Source of the DNA: Penicillus capitatus
Lineage: Eukaryota > Plantae > Chlorophyta
Assembly: GCA_965649825.1 (NCBI GenBank)
Contig: OZ287702.1
Span: 1,168,786 to 1,232,785, forward strand
Direction: 5' to 3'
Length of the DNA stretch: 64,000 nt
The notes beneath the pieces are model-generated. The model was not told where the DNA came from, made no database searches, and saw only the letters and a list, made by a program, of their open reading frames with translations. Shown one piece after another: positions 10,801 to 22,968 of this stretch (positions are counted from its first letter, which is position 1; each line of letters opens with the position of its first letter). The position numbers and the translations under genes are program-made.

Positions 10801-13800
10801 TCAAACGCCCGATATATTGCTAAGAGATTTCCTCTCAAACCTCTCAATTTCTTCAAAGAGACAGCACGCAAAAAAGAGGACTTCTTCGTCAGCTCCGGCG
10901 AACAGAATGGACAAGAGCGGATTTCGAACAAGGAAATACAAAAGACCCTTTTTACGCGGGGGAAGCAATGCGATTGTTGAAAGTATAAGCCTATCCTCCT
11001 CCGGGAAAAGTGGAGTTCTTCTTGCCTTTGCGAATGCGGAAGTTCTTCTTGCCTTTGCGAATGCGGACTCCCCGAAAAGTTCGTCGTCAGAGTCTCTTTC
11101 CGTCATTAGTGGAACATCGCTTGCAGAACGAGGCGATTCTCCGGCGACGCTTTCGATGATCTCTATCGCTTTCATACGCACAGCGACGTATTCTTCGCCA
11201 GTCTCGTTTTCGAGCAACGTCAGCATGTCACTGGCGAGGTGCGGCGCGGTTCCGACAACCTTCTTCCTGATGGCCTCCAATGCTTTCTCGCGCACGTAGA
11301 TGACTTCGTCACAGCACCCTCTCTTGAGCATAAGTAGCATATCATCCGCAATGTGTGACGCTACGCCGATGACGTTCCCGATGGCTTCCATCACTCTCTC
11401 GCGAACGTAAGATTTTTCGTCAGCGCACGCGCTTTTCAGAATCGGCAGCACATCCTTGGCGAGGTGAGGAGCTGCTTCAACGACGCTCTCGATGGCCTTC
11501 ATCGCCTTCACAACCACGACAACGTTTTCGTCGTTGACCCCGTTTCCAAGCATCGGCAACATGTCACTGGCGAGGTGAGGCGCAGCTCTGACAACGTTTC
11601 CGATAGTCTCCATCACGGTTTCGCGCACGTATACCATCTCGTCGTCACACCCTGTCTCGAGAATCGAGAACATGTCATCGGCGAGTTGCGACGTCGCTTC
11701 GACGACGCTCTCAATAGCCTTTATTGATATTCGACGTACGCCGGCATCTTCATCGGCGCACCCTTTTTTTAGTATCTGACGGATCTCCCCAGCGAGGTGC
11801 GGAGCCGCTTCGACGACGCTCTTAATGGCCTTTACCGATATCCGGCGTACGCCGGAGTCTCCATCGACGCATGCTTCCTCTAGCATCGCAAAAATGTCGC
11901 CGGCGAGGCGCGGTGCTGCTTCGACGACGCTCTCAATGGCCTTCATCGCCTCCATGCGTATGATGACGTCTTCATCACCACACGCTCTCTTTAGCATCGG
12001 TAACATTCTGCTTGCGTGCTCCGGTGCTTCGAAGGCGATGTTTTTGAGAATCTCCGTCGCTCTTTGACGCATGCCGAAGGTATCGTTGGCCCTCCATCTT
12101 CCCAACAATAGTAGCATGTCTCCCACATATTGCGGTGCCGCTGCCGAAATCAGTTCAAACCTACGCAAGCTCTCGCGTAGAAAACATCGATCTTGTACTC
12201 TGCTCATATCTTTAAGAAAAGACTGAATGACGTCTTTAATGTATTTCGGCCACCTCTTCGCAAGCATCAAAGCATGCGTCATTTTGATGTCATCATTTTT
12301 GGATAAATCCTTTGTACTTTTGAGCAGCCGCTTCACATCTTCAATGATGGTATTGAGAATTCGAGGAAATCTGTCTAAAACGCAAAAGGTCTGTTCAAAC
12401 TTCTCCACTACGATCTGACCAGCTGGAACGTTGTCGATTGTTCTCTTTAGGAGTCGACAGGCATCTTCGGCGACCTCGATTGCTTGTTCGTCCTTGATGA
12501 GAGTCTCCAGATCCGCCTCGTCAACCTCTTGTATGGTTGCCTCGAGGGCTCGTATTCGCAGGAAATCGTGTTGCATCCCGGGAACCTTGGCGGGTTGTTT
12601 GTCAATGATCGAAAGCAACTCTTTCAACGCTTGTTCGCTTCGACCTTCCGCAAAAGCATGCATTGCGAAGGTTAACGTGCGAGCATGATTCTCAGCATAC
12701 TTCACTTCATGAATGAAATCGATCACTCTCACCTCCTCATCCGATCCCTTTTGCTTCAAGTTCCTAGCAATGTATCTTCCGGCGAAGTACTGCTGAAAGG
12801 TCAGATGAGGGAAATGATACTCTTGTCCTTCCAGTGAGAGCAAAAGGAGTCCGCTTTCCTTGAAGGATTTAGCTGCGTTCTTTGAGGTCGAGTGTTCGAT
12901 AACAGATCTCTCGCGAATGAGGATTTGTCCATTTTGAAGTGTTTCGAAGGCTATTTTTTCAAGGTCTTCTAATAGTTTTGGTTTCAGCGTGTTTTGTGCC
13001 ACTGGCTTCTCTTCGAACCTTTTCCAAACGCAGTTCGTCATATCTCTGTATATTCGAAACGTGTTCACTCTTCTCCCTTTTTCGAGCAACATCCCGTGCT
13101 CCTTCGACAAGGAACATAAGATATGTGTCATCATAGGAATGTGTGCCATCTCCCACATGGCGGCAGTGTTCTCGAGAGAGCGGGTGAGTCTCTGCGCCTC
13201 GTCATCTGGCAGTTCGCTTCTTATGTAGTCTCGCAGTTGCTCATCGTTGAATCCGAGGCATTCGACTTGGACGTCGACACGCGTTTCCACGTTTCTCATA
13301 TTGTACGGACGAGAGAGGAACAGTACTTTGCACGAACGCTCCCACGTGGTGGATACGAGCTCCCTAGCGTTGTCATTCGTTTCGTCCAATCCATCAACCA
13401 CGAGCAGCGTCGAACGATCATCGAGTGCGTCCTCTATCTGAAGGGCCAGGTCTTCGTACTCGAAAGCGCGGTTTCTCTTGGAGAAGCATATTCGCGATAT
13501 CGCTTCTTCGAGACTTGTCCACTGCTGTCCCTTGGAACCGGTGCCGTTCAGGACCCCCACCGGAACGACGTAAACGGTCTCGAACTCTTGAGCCATTTCT
13601 CCCAATGCCCATTTGTGTGCGATGATTTTTGCGATGCACGTCTTACCGGAGCCGGGGTTACCGTAGAGTAGCACCCTTTGAACTTCACTTTCCGGATCTC
13701 CGGATTTGAGAGATCGTCGCTCGAACAGATCGTTCAGAGCGATGGGTCTCGTGACTCTTCTCTTCTTCTCGTAGTGTTCTTTCGCTTGATCTCTTCTGCG

Positions 13801-15588
13801 ATTTGAGGACTTCCTCTCCGTTTCTTCGGCTCCTCGGATAACTTCTTCAGTTCTTTGTTTTGGTTTGATTCTTCTCTCTTCAATGATTTCTTCAGATATG
13901 ACGACATGGTGCTTCATATCCTTGACATGTGTTAAACATCCTCTATCTCCGAACAAAGAATTCACCTACATAACCAGGCACTCCTATTGACTTGAATGTG
14001 TTTTTTGTAATAGTACCGTTGCGAAATCATTGCACAGGTATCTTTTCTTTAACTCTTCTTCCTTCAACTTCATGACAGCAAGAGGAATATATCCCACTTC
14101 TCTGCCGACGATGATGCACAAATCGTTGTGTTCAACTTTGAGCCATCGTTGGCTTCGGATTCGGAATTTGTTCTCCATGCTTTCTCCGTCCAACCACTCC
14201 GCTAGTACTTCTTTAGCAAAACCTTTACCGAACTGATGCAGAACTTGGAACCCTTTTTCGGTCTTTTCGCTGCGTTGTCCAGTACTATGGAGCTTGTGAA
14301 TACCATCCAGGAATGCAATGAACATATCGACATCTTTGGTCCATCCTTCGGGTGATGTCTCTCGTGCTGCTAGATCCGCTAACTTCTCTGCGGCTTCCTT
14401 GCATGTGTTTTCTGACGCTCCTTCAGTCGCGAGCATGCTTAGTTGGCAAATGATACCAAATCTTAACGCCTTCAAGTCTTCTTTGTTTTTCATCTTCCGC
14501 TGATGTTCAAATGTGGTATTGTAGTTGGAATAAAAGAGTCTAGCTCTCTCTTCGTTCTTCGCTGCATCGAGCATTGATGCCATCAAGTTTTGAAGCGGGT
14601 CAAACCACGGTTTCTTCGACACTCCCGAATTGGCAATGACTATTTGACGTCTCATGTGTACATCTTCGACGGCAACAGGATTAGTGTCACCTTCCGCAGG
14701 ATTCCGGGCGAAGTGGAGAAGATGGAGGAATGCCCATAATCCGCACGAGACGTGTCGCATCGCCTGTGCGAGATACGAAGGAGCGTCTCTGAGCTCGAGA
14801 CGTTCCACTGCTTGGAGGAGGACTTTGAAGTGAAAGCTCACAGGGTAGTACTTGCATGAGAGTTCCATTGCTTTCTCTTTCTCTGCAATGGTGCGACGGA
14901 ATTTTTGCTTCTGTATTTCATAGATGCCATACGGCCTGGTCTTATTAAGTAAGAAAAAGATAAGATGAAGAGAAACAAACGTCGCCTCGTATTCCCGGAA
15001 ATTTCTTATGCTAAGCGTTGGTTCTGTAGAGAGGCTATTCAAGAGCTTGTTTGCCATGAGTACTAGCTGTTCGACGCCGCCGTAAACGGAAGGATCGACA
15101 TGAACGAGTGCTCTGCAAAGCGCCAGCCCCGAATTTTCGTCAAGAAATTCTCCTTGACGAAGACAGGAACAAAGTGCGACCACAAGATTCTTTAGAAGGT
15201 CTTTATCCTGTGTCGAACGGGGGATGATTTTGGCCAATTCAGCGTACTCGAGGACAGCCTTCTGTCTGAGCCACTCTTCGCTTCGTTCGTCATATTTCTT
15301 TAACCACTCGAAGAGAACAGCGCGTTCCTCTACATCTGTCGCCTTGTTGTAGGCCACGACCAGCGACTTAGTACTCTGGATTTCGTGCTTCCTTGCAACG
15401 GCACGTAGGAGTTTGGGATTATGGCGTTCTTCGACGACCAGCTCTTCGTTAATTGACAGATCGACAATTTCCGATGCAGATGACCCTTCGCCACTGGATA
15501 ATTCGTCTTCAGTAATGGTCTGGATACCGACCGCAAATTCGGATGACCTTTCGCCACTAGGTCCTTCGTCGGGAGATCGAACTGGCAT
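10801..15588 (-). CDS. STAND NTPase: N-terminal helical domain + NACHT + HEAT-like repeats (NLR-like); two exons
   Basis: Walker A GNPGSGKT, Walker B LLVVDGLDE, SRPY and FPHLTFQQYFAG. A 51-bp GT-AG intron (13966-14016) joins ORFs 13984-15609 and 10801-13965 in frame (ACG|GTG). First ATG is at 15588; an upstream exon cannot be excluded. Confidence 0.88.
11014..11068. repeat. 27-bp direct tandem duplication within the NACHT-HEAT gene (SAFAKARRT x2)
   Basis: gttcttcttgcctttgcgaatgcgga occurs twice in tandem, in frame. Confidence 0.85.
11100..12080 (-). repeat. Coding tandem repeat, 37-aa (111-bp) HEAT-like units, about 8-9 copies
   Basis: Units such as LPMLKRACGDEDVIIRMEAMKAIESVVEAAPRLAGDI and FAMLEEACVDGDSGVRRISVKAIKSVVEAAPHLAGEI; DNA motif gacgacgctctc recurs. 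Confidence 0.8.
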
Positions 15589-16851
15589 GTTCAATCGTCG
15601 CGTTTGCACGGAAACGTCTTCGCTTGTGTCTCGGCGGAAAGGATAAAACTAATTGTTGCCACGAAAAGTTCGCAGGAAAGTTCGCAGTTGCGATAATGAC
15701 TCAGACGTTTTCGTTAGCATTATGCACATGACGGCGACTGATTTGAATCGACTCGCGAAGATCAGAGTGATTTCCGTTATGGAATTAGCAGTCTATCAAA
15801 ACCCGGCAGAGCCTCATAGCGCATTCGCCTTTTGATTTCGCCCAACAAATCAAGGAAGGGCTTTCCTGGTTTTCTATACATCTGATTGTGGATTAAATGA
15901 CATAGACAACTGCGTGACCCGTGCATCATCACATCATCGCAGACAGATCGAATGAAGGATACCTTGTCTAGACGCATGATTTTTATATAAAACTCGTTCA
16001 TGATGTTAGGGGTTATTATTAAACCAGCATGATTCTAGCAACGAGAAAGTCCGCAAAACAGAAGTGAGATAGCTGAGTGACATGTGTGCCATTCACGCGT
16101 GTTCTTACCTTGGGATTATTTCATCTTATGTTGTCATATTGATCAGCAGTAAATATGTGCGTGCTTCTTGATTCTGTTCCTCATAAAACGCTGTGTGATC
16201 AGCTCACTGCTGTTTGGTCCTCATTCTGAGTTGCCTGGAGTCAGTCACCTTTACTAAAATCCTGATCCGTTCAAAGAAGCAAGTAATATATCTGCGACTG
16301 AGTTCTCCGGGATTCCTTATAACAGTACCATCCAGCTGACTCCGTGCTAGAGAATCTGAGTCTTTATTCTTTGCTTTGGATGCATCCCACTGTTTTCTCG
16401 TTCAGTCTCTCTCGCACCGTTGTTTATGAGGTTCGATAAAAGTATCTGGTGACTTATCCTGGCTAAAAGCGCAAAGAACATTCATTCTCCGCAAATAGAT
16501 AGGCCGATTTTCTGTTTCCCCAAATATCAGGCAAATGATCGGGGTCTCTTTCCGACCCTTCTATTGCTACGTCTCGAGTATATCATATCGGCCACGTGTG
16601 GACTGATCGCAAAAAAGGTCGAGATCCACATGAAATTCCACGTGTTGCCACATCCTTACTAGTGGCCACATCAGTTTACGTAATCCCTTCGTTGCTGTTT
16701 GCAGATACCTTACAGCACTCCTCGCGAGACGCGACCGACGTGACACTACTGTATTTAGGCATGCCCGTGTCGGCTAAACCAGTAGCTTTCCTATTCTTTG
16801 ACCTTCCTCACAAGACAAACGCCGAATCGATTTTGATTGTCATCTGAGGTT

Positions 16852-19100
16852 ATGTCTTACCGATTTTTGTTTCATGCACGGCAACGCGTGTCAGGATCGC
16901 TATTCTCCAGATCAGTTGATGCGCGTTGTTCGTCAACATCGCCAAAACGGTTGACAGGTACAGTCAAAACGAAACATCTCACCCGAAACGCCGGAAACAG
17001 CGTCCGGCTCCTTCGATTCGATCACTTGGCCAACATTTGCCTAAGTTGCCTCTGTGGCCCAGATGCATCAAAGCGCAATGTGTATCGCGGTGGTCGTTTT
17101 GACCGCGGGACTGTGTGTTTTGCCGCCACCGCGTCGGATCTGCCTTATACTGGCACGACTATAAAAGGTCAGACATCGATACCAAGTCGGGGCTACGACG
17201 GTGGTGTGGATACGTCTTTTTGTTCAGAGGATCCTGAAGTCGATGCTCTGCCTTCGAAGAAGTCGCCCAGAATCTGTATTCTGGGTGGGGGATTCGGCGG
17301 ATTGTACACTGCTGTCAAACTGGACGAACTGATGTGGCCGAATGGCATCAAACCTGAAGTGACTCCTCAACACATGCACTGTGTCGCGTGACATTCCTCG
17401 CCACTGTCTCTCTTCAGGTGACATTGATCGACCAGAGCGATCGATTTATTTTTAAGCCGCTGCTCTACGAAGTCCTCACCGGAGCAGCGGACGAAAATGA
17501 AGTCGCCCCTACCTTTAAAGATCTTTTAGAGCCGTTCCAGACACACTTTGTTCAAGTTATCTGTCTGAATGCGTCGCTGTTGATGCACAGAGGAATTGTT
17601 GCAGGCCAAAATTGTCGGGGTGGATGTTTCGGACGATCCGCGTTGCGGAGGAGCTGTGCTGCTGAGTGATGGTGGCAAGATTCTTTATGACTGGCTGGTG
17701 ATTGCCATCGGCGCCAGGACGAATTTCCGTAACATTCCTGGCGTCATGGAACACGCCTCGCCGTTCTATTCTATTGAAGACGTCCAAAAGGTGCATTTCA
17801 CTGCCAGTGTCATAAAACAGAGGGATGTGGTGTGTATGCCTTCAGATTGTTTCGGCACTGACATCTCTGATTGAGAGAACAGAAAGAGATTCGCATGCTG
17901 TGGTGGTGGGAGGTGGATACGCAGGAGTCGAATTGGCTGCTGCTCTGACCTCCAAGATCCGACAGCTTTCCCGGAAGAAGCCTCCCAGTGACAAGAGCTC
18001 TATATCAGTAACACTGGTCACAGACACAGACGTTATTCTGCCTTTCGCACCCCTCTCCCAACGTCATGCGGCAGAATTAGAACTCAAGAAAGACGGGATC
18101 AATGTTAGATCTGGTAATGTGATGGATACATCGTTTCAGTCAGATCACTGTGATGTGACGTCTCAGGGTACTATGTTAAGTCGATATCGTTGAACAAGGA
18201 GAATGCCTCTTCTAAGATGATATCTTTGACGCCCGCTTCGGGTATGAACGGAAAAGAAGAAATGCAGATCGAAGCGGATCTTGTCATGTGGACGGCGGGT
18301 TGCACACCTGCAACGTCTGAACCTTCCTCTCAATCTGCCTTCCCGTTCGCGAAGACGAAATTTGGATCTTTGAGAGCGGTGCGGTTATCTCATTGGCAAG
18401 AAGTGTGAGAAACTGGTAGTGGTGATGCATAGGAACCTACTCTGAAGCTGGTACAGCAGAACAGAGTGTTTGCTGTTGGTGACGATGCGTTTATCGAGGA
18501 TCCGAATAGAGAAGGCGTTTCCCCTCGTTTCCCTGCCACGGCCCAAGTTGCTCTGCAACAGGCAGACTATGTTGCATGGAATTTATGGGCAGCCATCAAC
18601 AAGAGAAAGCTGCTCCCATTCAGGCACTCCACTCAACAATCCCTCACTGTTGCCAATATTCTTTCTCTGTGAAGATACCAGCATCTGGGAGACATGATGT
18701 CCCTGGGCACAGAGAATGCTGCCATCGCTTTGCCCATTTCAATCCCGAAGCCAATCAACGATGCCATCCGGGGATCACCACTCTCCGGCCTGGCCGACTT
18801 TTTCCGACTGGACATCGTATACCTGCTCCTTTCGGTCACACTTCTTTCTGATGTGACGTTTCGAAGGGTGAGGGAATCACGAGAAAAGACCAGCGAGTCA
18901 CATTAGAAGGACCCTTGGCTATCATATTCAGAAGACTGGCCTACTGGTAACGCACACACATGGATTAAGGTATTGAAGTCTTTCATACATTCAGGTATCG
19001 CCAACCTACGAACGAGCAAAAGGCCCGCATTGTCCGACAGTACTTTGAAAAGATGGCCAAGGTTCTCGCGTCCCGTTCTCAGACGAGAGAAGACACATGA
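16852..19100 (+). CDS. NDC1: Type II NAD(P)H dehydrogenase, plastid NDC1-like, multi-exon
   Basis: ICILGGGFGGLYTA, LIDQSDRFIFKPLLYE, YDWLVIAIGA, VVVGGGYAGVELAA, FAVGDDA, PATAQVALQQADYVAWN, and TLEGPLAIIFRRLAYW-YRQPTNEQ; stop TGA at 19100. Confidence 0.9.
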
Positions 19101-19181
19101 GATGTCGGTGCTTTCATTCTTTCCTGTAAAGACTCCCATTTTCACCTTCGACATGAATGCTGGACGGACTGCCATGCCCCC

Positions 19182-20438
19182 TTACGCAAACTTGACTGAA
19201 AAGTCTTTCATGAACTGAACGAGGGCTTCTACTCCTTCGACGGGCATGGAATTGTAAATAGAGGCGCGCATGCCACCGACAGAGCGATGCCCTTTCAATT
19301 CGACAAGGCCCACTTTCTTGGCCTCCTCCACAAAGACTTTCTCCAGTTCTGGCTTCGACGGAATCGTAAAGGGCACATTCATCACGGAACGCACGGCTGG
19401 ATCAACAGGGGACACATAAAATCCATCCGACGCTTCGATATAATCATACAAGATCTTTGCTTTGCCCGCATTGATCTTCTCCATCTCCTTGAGGCCGCCT
19501 TTACCCATAAGATACTGGAAGACCAGGCTGCAAATGTAGATGGCATAGCAGGGAGGCGTATTGTACATTGATCTCGACTCGGCCATCGTTTCGTAGTTTA
19601 ACATGACAGGGGTCTGAGGACGCGCGTGTCCGATGAGGTCTTTGCGTACGAGGACAATGGTCACACCTGCCCCTCCGATATTCTTCTGCGCTCCGGCATA
19701 GATCACTCCGTACTTCGACACATCCACCGGTTTGCTGCAGAAGTTGGAAGACATGTCAGCTACCAGCAGCTTCTCGCCGACTTCCGGAACGGACTTGAAT
19801 TCGACGCCCTGAATCGTCTCGTTATCGCAGTAATGCAAGTACGATGCGTTCGGGGACATGGACCAGGAAGAGACTTCAGGGATGAAGGTGTTGTCTCCCT
19901 TGGCAGCAACGTTTACGTTGCAGTAACGCTCTGCCTCGGCTGTGGCCTTTTTACTCCAACTGCCAGTGGTGACATGATCCACCACATCGCCATCTTTAGA
20001 GAGATTCAATGGCACGGCCGAAAACTGTGTCGAAGCGCCGCCTTGCAGAAACAACACACAGTAATTCTCGGGCACGGAGAGCAATTCTCTGAGATCTGCT
20101 TCCGCCTGTTTGGCGATTTCATCAAAGGCAGCGCCACGATGCGACATCTCCAAAACGCTCATGCCAGATCCTCGGCAGTTGAGCATCTCTTTCTGCGCCT
20201 GCTCCAGCACTTCCACCGGGAGACATGCTGGACCGGCGGAGAAATTGAAGACGCGATCGTGTGGCTGCGTATAGAGGGTTTTAATCGATCTCTGTTCCGA
20301 CGTCGTCGCTGCGGTCCGGACGTCACGACACTTCCTCGACGCGGCGTCCGCTCGGATGCGTTGCACGACGCGACGTCGCGTCACCTTCTTTCCGACTCGG
20401 ACGGATCGCACACGAATCGACAACGTATGCGTCTGCAT
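19182..20438 (-). CDS. PSAT: Phosphoserine aminotransferase, plastid-targeted, intronless
   Basis: [42 protein letters not shown] (PLP lysine), [19 protein letters not shown]; Arg-rich transit peptide. Confidence 0.97.
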   Translation of the reverse strand: MQTHTLSIRVRSVRVGKKVTRRRVVQRIRADAASRKCRDVRTAATTSEQRSIKTLYTQPHDRVFNFSAGPACLPVEVLEQAQKEMLNCRGSGMSVLEMSHRGAAFDEIAKQAEADLRELLSVPENYCVLFLQGGASTQFSAVPLNLSKDGDVVDHVTTGSWSKKATAEAERYCNVNVAAKGDNTFIPEVSSWSMSPNASYLHYCDNETIQGVEFKSVPEVGEKLLVADMSSNFCSKPVDVSKYGVIYAGAQKNIGGAGVTIVLVRKDLIGHARPQTPVMLNYETMAESRSMYNTPPCYAIYICSLVFQYLMGKGGLKEMEKINAGKAKILYDYIEASDGFYVSPVDPAVRSVMNVPFTIPSKPELEKVFVEEAKKVGLVELKGHRSVGGMRASIYNSMPVEGVEALVQFMKDFSVKFA

Positions 20439-20457
20439 TGCGGCCGAAACTCAGAAT

Positions 20458-22763
20458 TCAACGCGTGTCTTTAATCGTAATGTTCACGATTTTGATGTCG
20501 TCGATCGGTTTGTCGTACTTGTCCACTTTCACCTTTTCGATCAGAAACACGACATCCATGCCTTTGGTCACACGTCCGAACACCGAGTGCTTTCCATCGA
20601 GCCATGGCGTTGGAACGGTGGTGATGAAAAACTGAGAGCCATTGGTATTGGGTCCAGCATTGGCCATGCTGACGATGCCTGGGCGATCGTGACGGAGTTT
20701 GTCACAGAACTCATCTTCGAATTCGTTGCCCCAAATGGACTCGCCTCCAGTCCCATCGCCCAGAGGGTCGCCTGTCTGCAGCATGAAGCCTTGGATAACC
20801 CGATGGAAGATGAGGTGATCGTAGTAGCCATTCTTGGCATGGGTACTGAAATTCTCCACAGTACGTGGACACTCTTCCGGGAATAGCTTGATCTGAATAT
20901 CGCCCTAAACGGAGCCGTCAATTGGATGCCTGCGAATGGAGTGATGCCTTGGTGGTGTGGATGACGGCAGCGGTGGGGAGATTGACACTCGTCATCGTCT
21001 CGGCCTCCGCAGCGAGAATCTGTTCGCGAGTGAGAGGCTCGTTAAAGACATCTCGGCCATGAGCGGCGCCTTCTGTCTCTTCTGGCTCTCGACGGGAGAA
21101 GAGATAGAAACGCTCTTTCTTGAAAGCGGTGCACAGAAGGAGTGGATCCAAATGCACAGGAGGCATGTCTGGCTGCGTCAAACGCACAACTGCCTGCACA
21201 AATTCCATCCACATCCATTTTCGGATCACATTCTCACTTTTCTGGAGAGACTGCTCTGCAACAGGCCCACACAAACGAAGCGCTCTGTATTCTCCACCTT
21301 CCCTGAAGCACACGACACAATGGCATGTCTGCCTGAGTGATGAGGATGACCTAAGACACGTTGGACGTTGTTGCTGACGAGGTTGACAATCTTGATTCCC
21401 ACAAGTGTTGCGTAGATCAAGAAATTTCCGCTTTCGTCGAAGATGGCGTTGAATGGATGCATCTCTGGATGCTGTGCCAGTTCTCGATGCGTCGCCATTC
21501 TTCGACCAAAATCCACATCCTCCAGTGCAATGCCTTCGCCGCCACTTAACTGCAATTCACTACAGGCCTTCAAAAACGCACGCATTCTGCTGGTAGCTGT
21601 CTTGGCACACTGGGAGAAATGGCACCTTTGGAGATTCGTCGTAGCTGCGCTTCATCTTTCCGGTGAGAAAACGAAACACACGGATCTTGAAATCGCTGCA
21701 GAAAAGACAGAACTGATTGCCGTCTTCCGAAATCTGCACCACACAGCATCCTGTCACGCACTCAAATCCGGCAAAGGTCTATCGACGGACAGAGATGCTG
21801 CGTGCTGTCGTCTTCCGTCTTGCAAGCTCGAAAAGATCTGTCTCCAATTTCAGCTGAAAACTGACGACCCCATCTGGAAACACATAATCTGTGGCGTTCC
21901 AGTAATCCAGGACACCTCCACCACATCCATCTCGCGACCACATCTCCTCCACTTGCCTACCAAATGCTTGCCTTTGGTGTCCATAGAGATCACTGTGTTG
22001 TAGATCGCATTGTATTTTAGCAGCTTCACGGGCGAAGCGTGCGGAGAGAAGGTGTGGATGGGATCTGTCGTAGATTCGTAAATGTCGTAGACGAACACTT
22101 GTGGCGAATCGCTGTCGCACAAAACGATACAGGGATGTCCCTCTCCTCTCTTCTTCGATATCCATTCGGCACAGCTTGGACGAAAACTGAGTCGCAGCAT
22201 CAATGCTAGATCGTAGTTCAGCACATCGAAGATCTTGACGGCGGTATCTGTCGAGAGACTTGCGCAGAGTGTCCCATCATAACTCGCATAGAGCCCTACG
22301 CCACATGGATCGTCTGCTATGGCTTCATCCACGTCAGCAAACCAGTGACAGGTCCCATGTGTGCCTTGAATTGCTTGGCAAACTCGATCCCCGCCTCTTG
22401 CTTCCTCCAGAACTTGATGTAGCCGTCTTGACTGGCTGTCACAAAGAAACCATGTTTGGATACCTGTCGGCACACAGACGGGGCTGAAGACATAGGAAAC
22501 GGGATGGGAGGGAACGACAGCGATGTGTGTGACAATATCTTTGTGCATATAGCTCTTCTCATACATCTCAGCGCAGGGAAGCTGTTTCAGATACTCTTCT
22601 GCATGGAACAGAACCTGTACGGCGTCGAATATCAGCGCCTTTACGGTTCCGACTCAGATCGAACCTTCCTCTTCTGCGCAGGAGGCGGCGCTGGGCCGAC
22701 CGGCGGCGCATCTTCCTCAGGCACATCATCTTCAACAGCCTTGCGCTTACCGCTTCGCTCCAT
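20458..22763 (-). CDS. PPWD1: WD40 + cyclophilin peptidyl-prolyl isomerase (CYP71/PPWD1), multi-exon
   Basis: [79 protein letters not shown]. Start MERSGKRK at 22763. Confidence 0.93.
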
Positions 22764-22968
22764 TTATCATCAAACCCAATGATATCATGATCGGCATTAA
22801 TGGAGAGGCAAGGAAGCAAAGGGATGGGCTTGTGTTTAGAAAAGCAAGGTTTAACAGACAACTACGTGTTCGTCCAACAAACCCCACGTGCTTGACACAA
22901 TTCATCTAACTATGATGTAACCCTTGACAGAAGAAGGAGCTAGCTGTCTGGGAAAGGGTAATGGATTT

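Noticed and set aside
19626-20886. ORFs 19626-20474 and 20356-20886 on +
   Set aside because: Antisense to PSAT and the cyclophilin domain; typical shadows of conserved genes.
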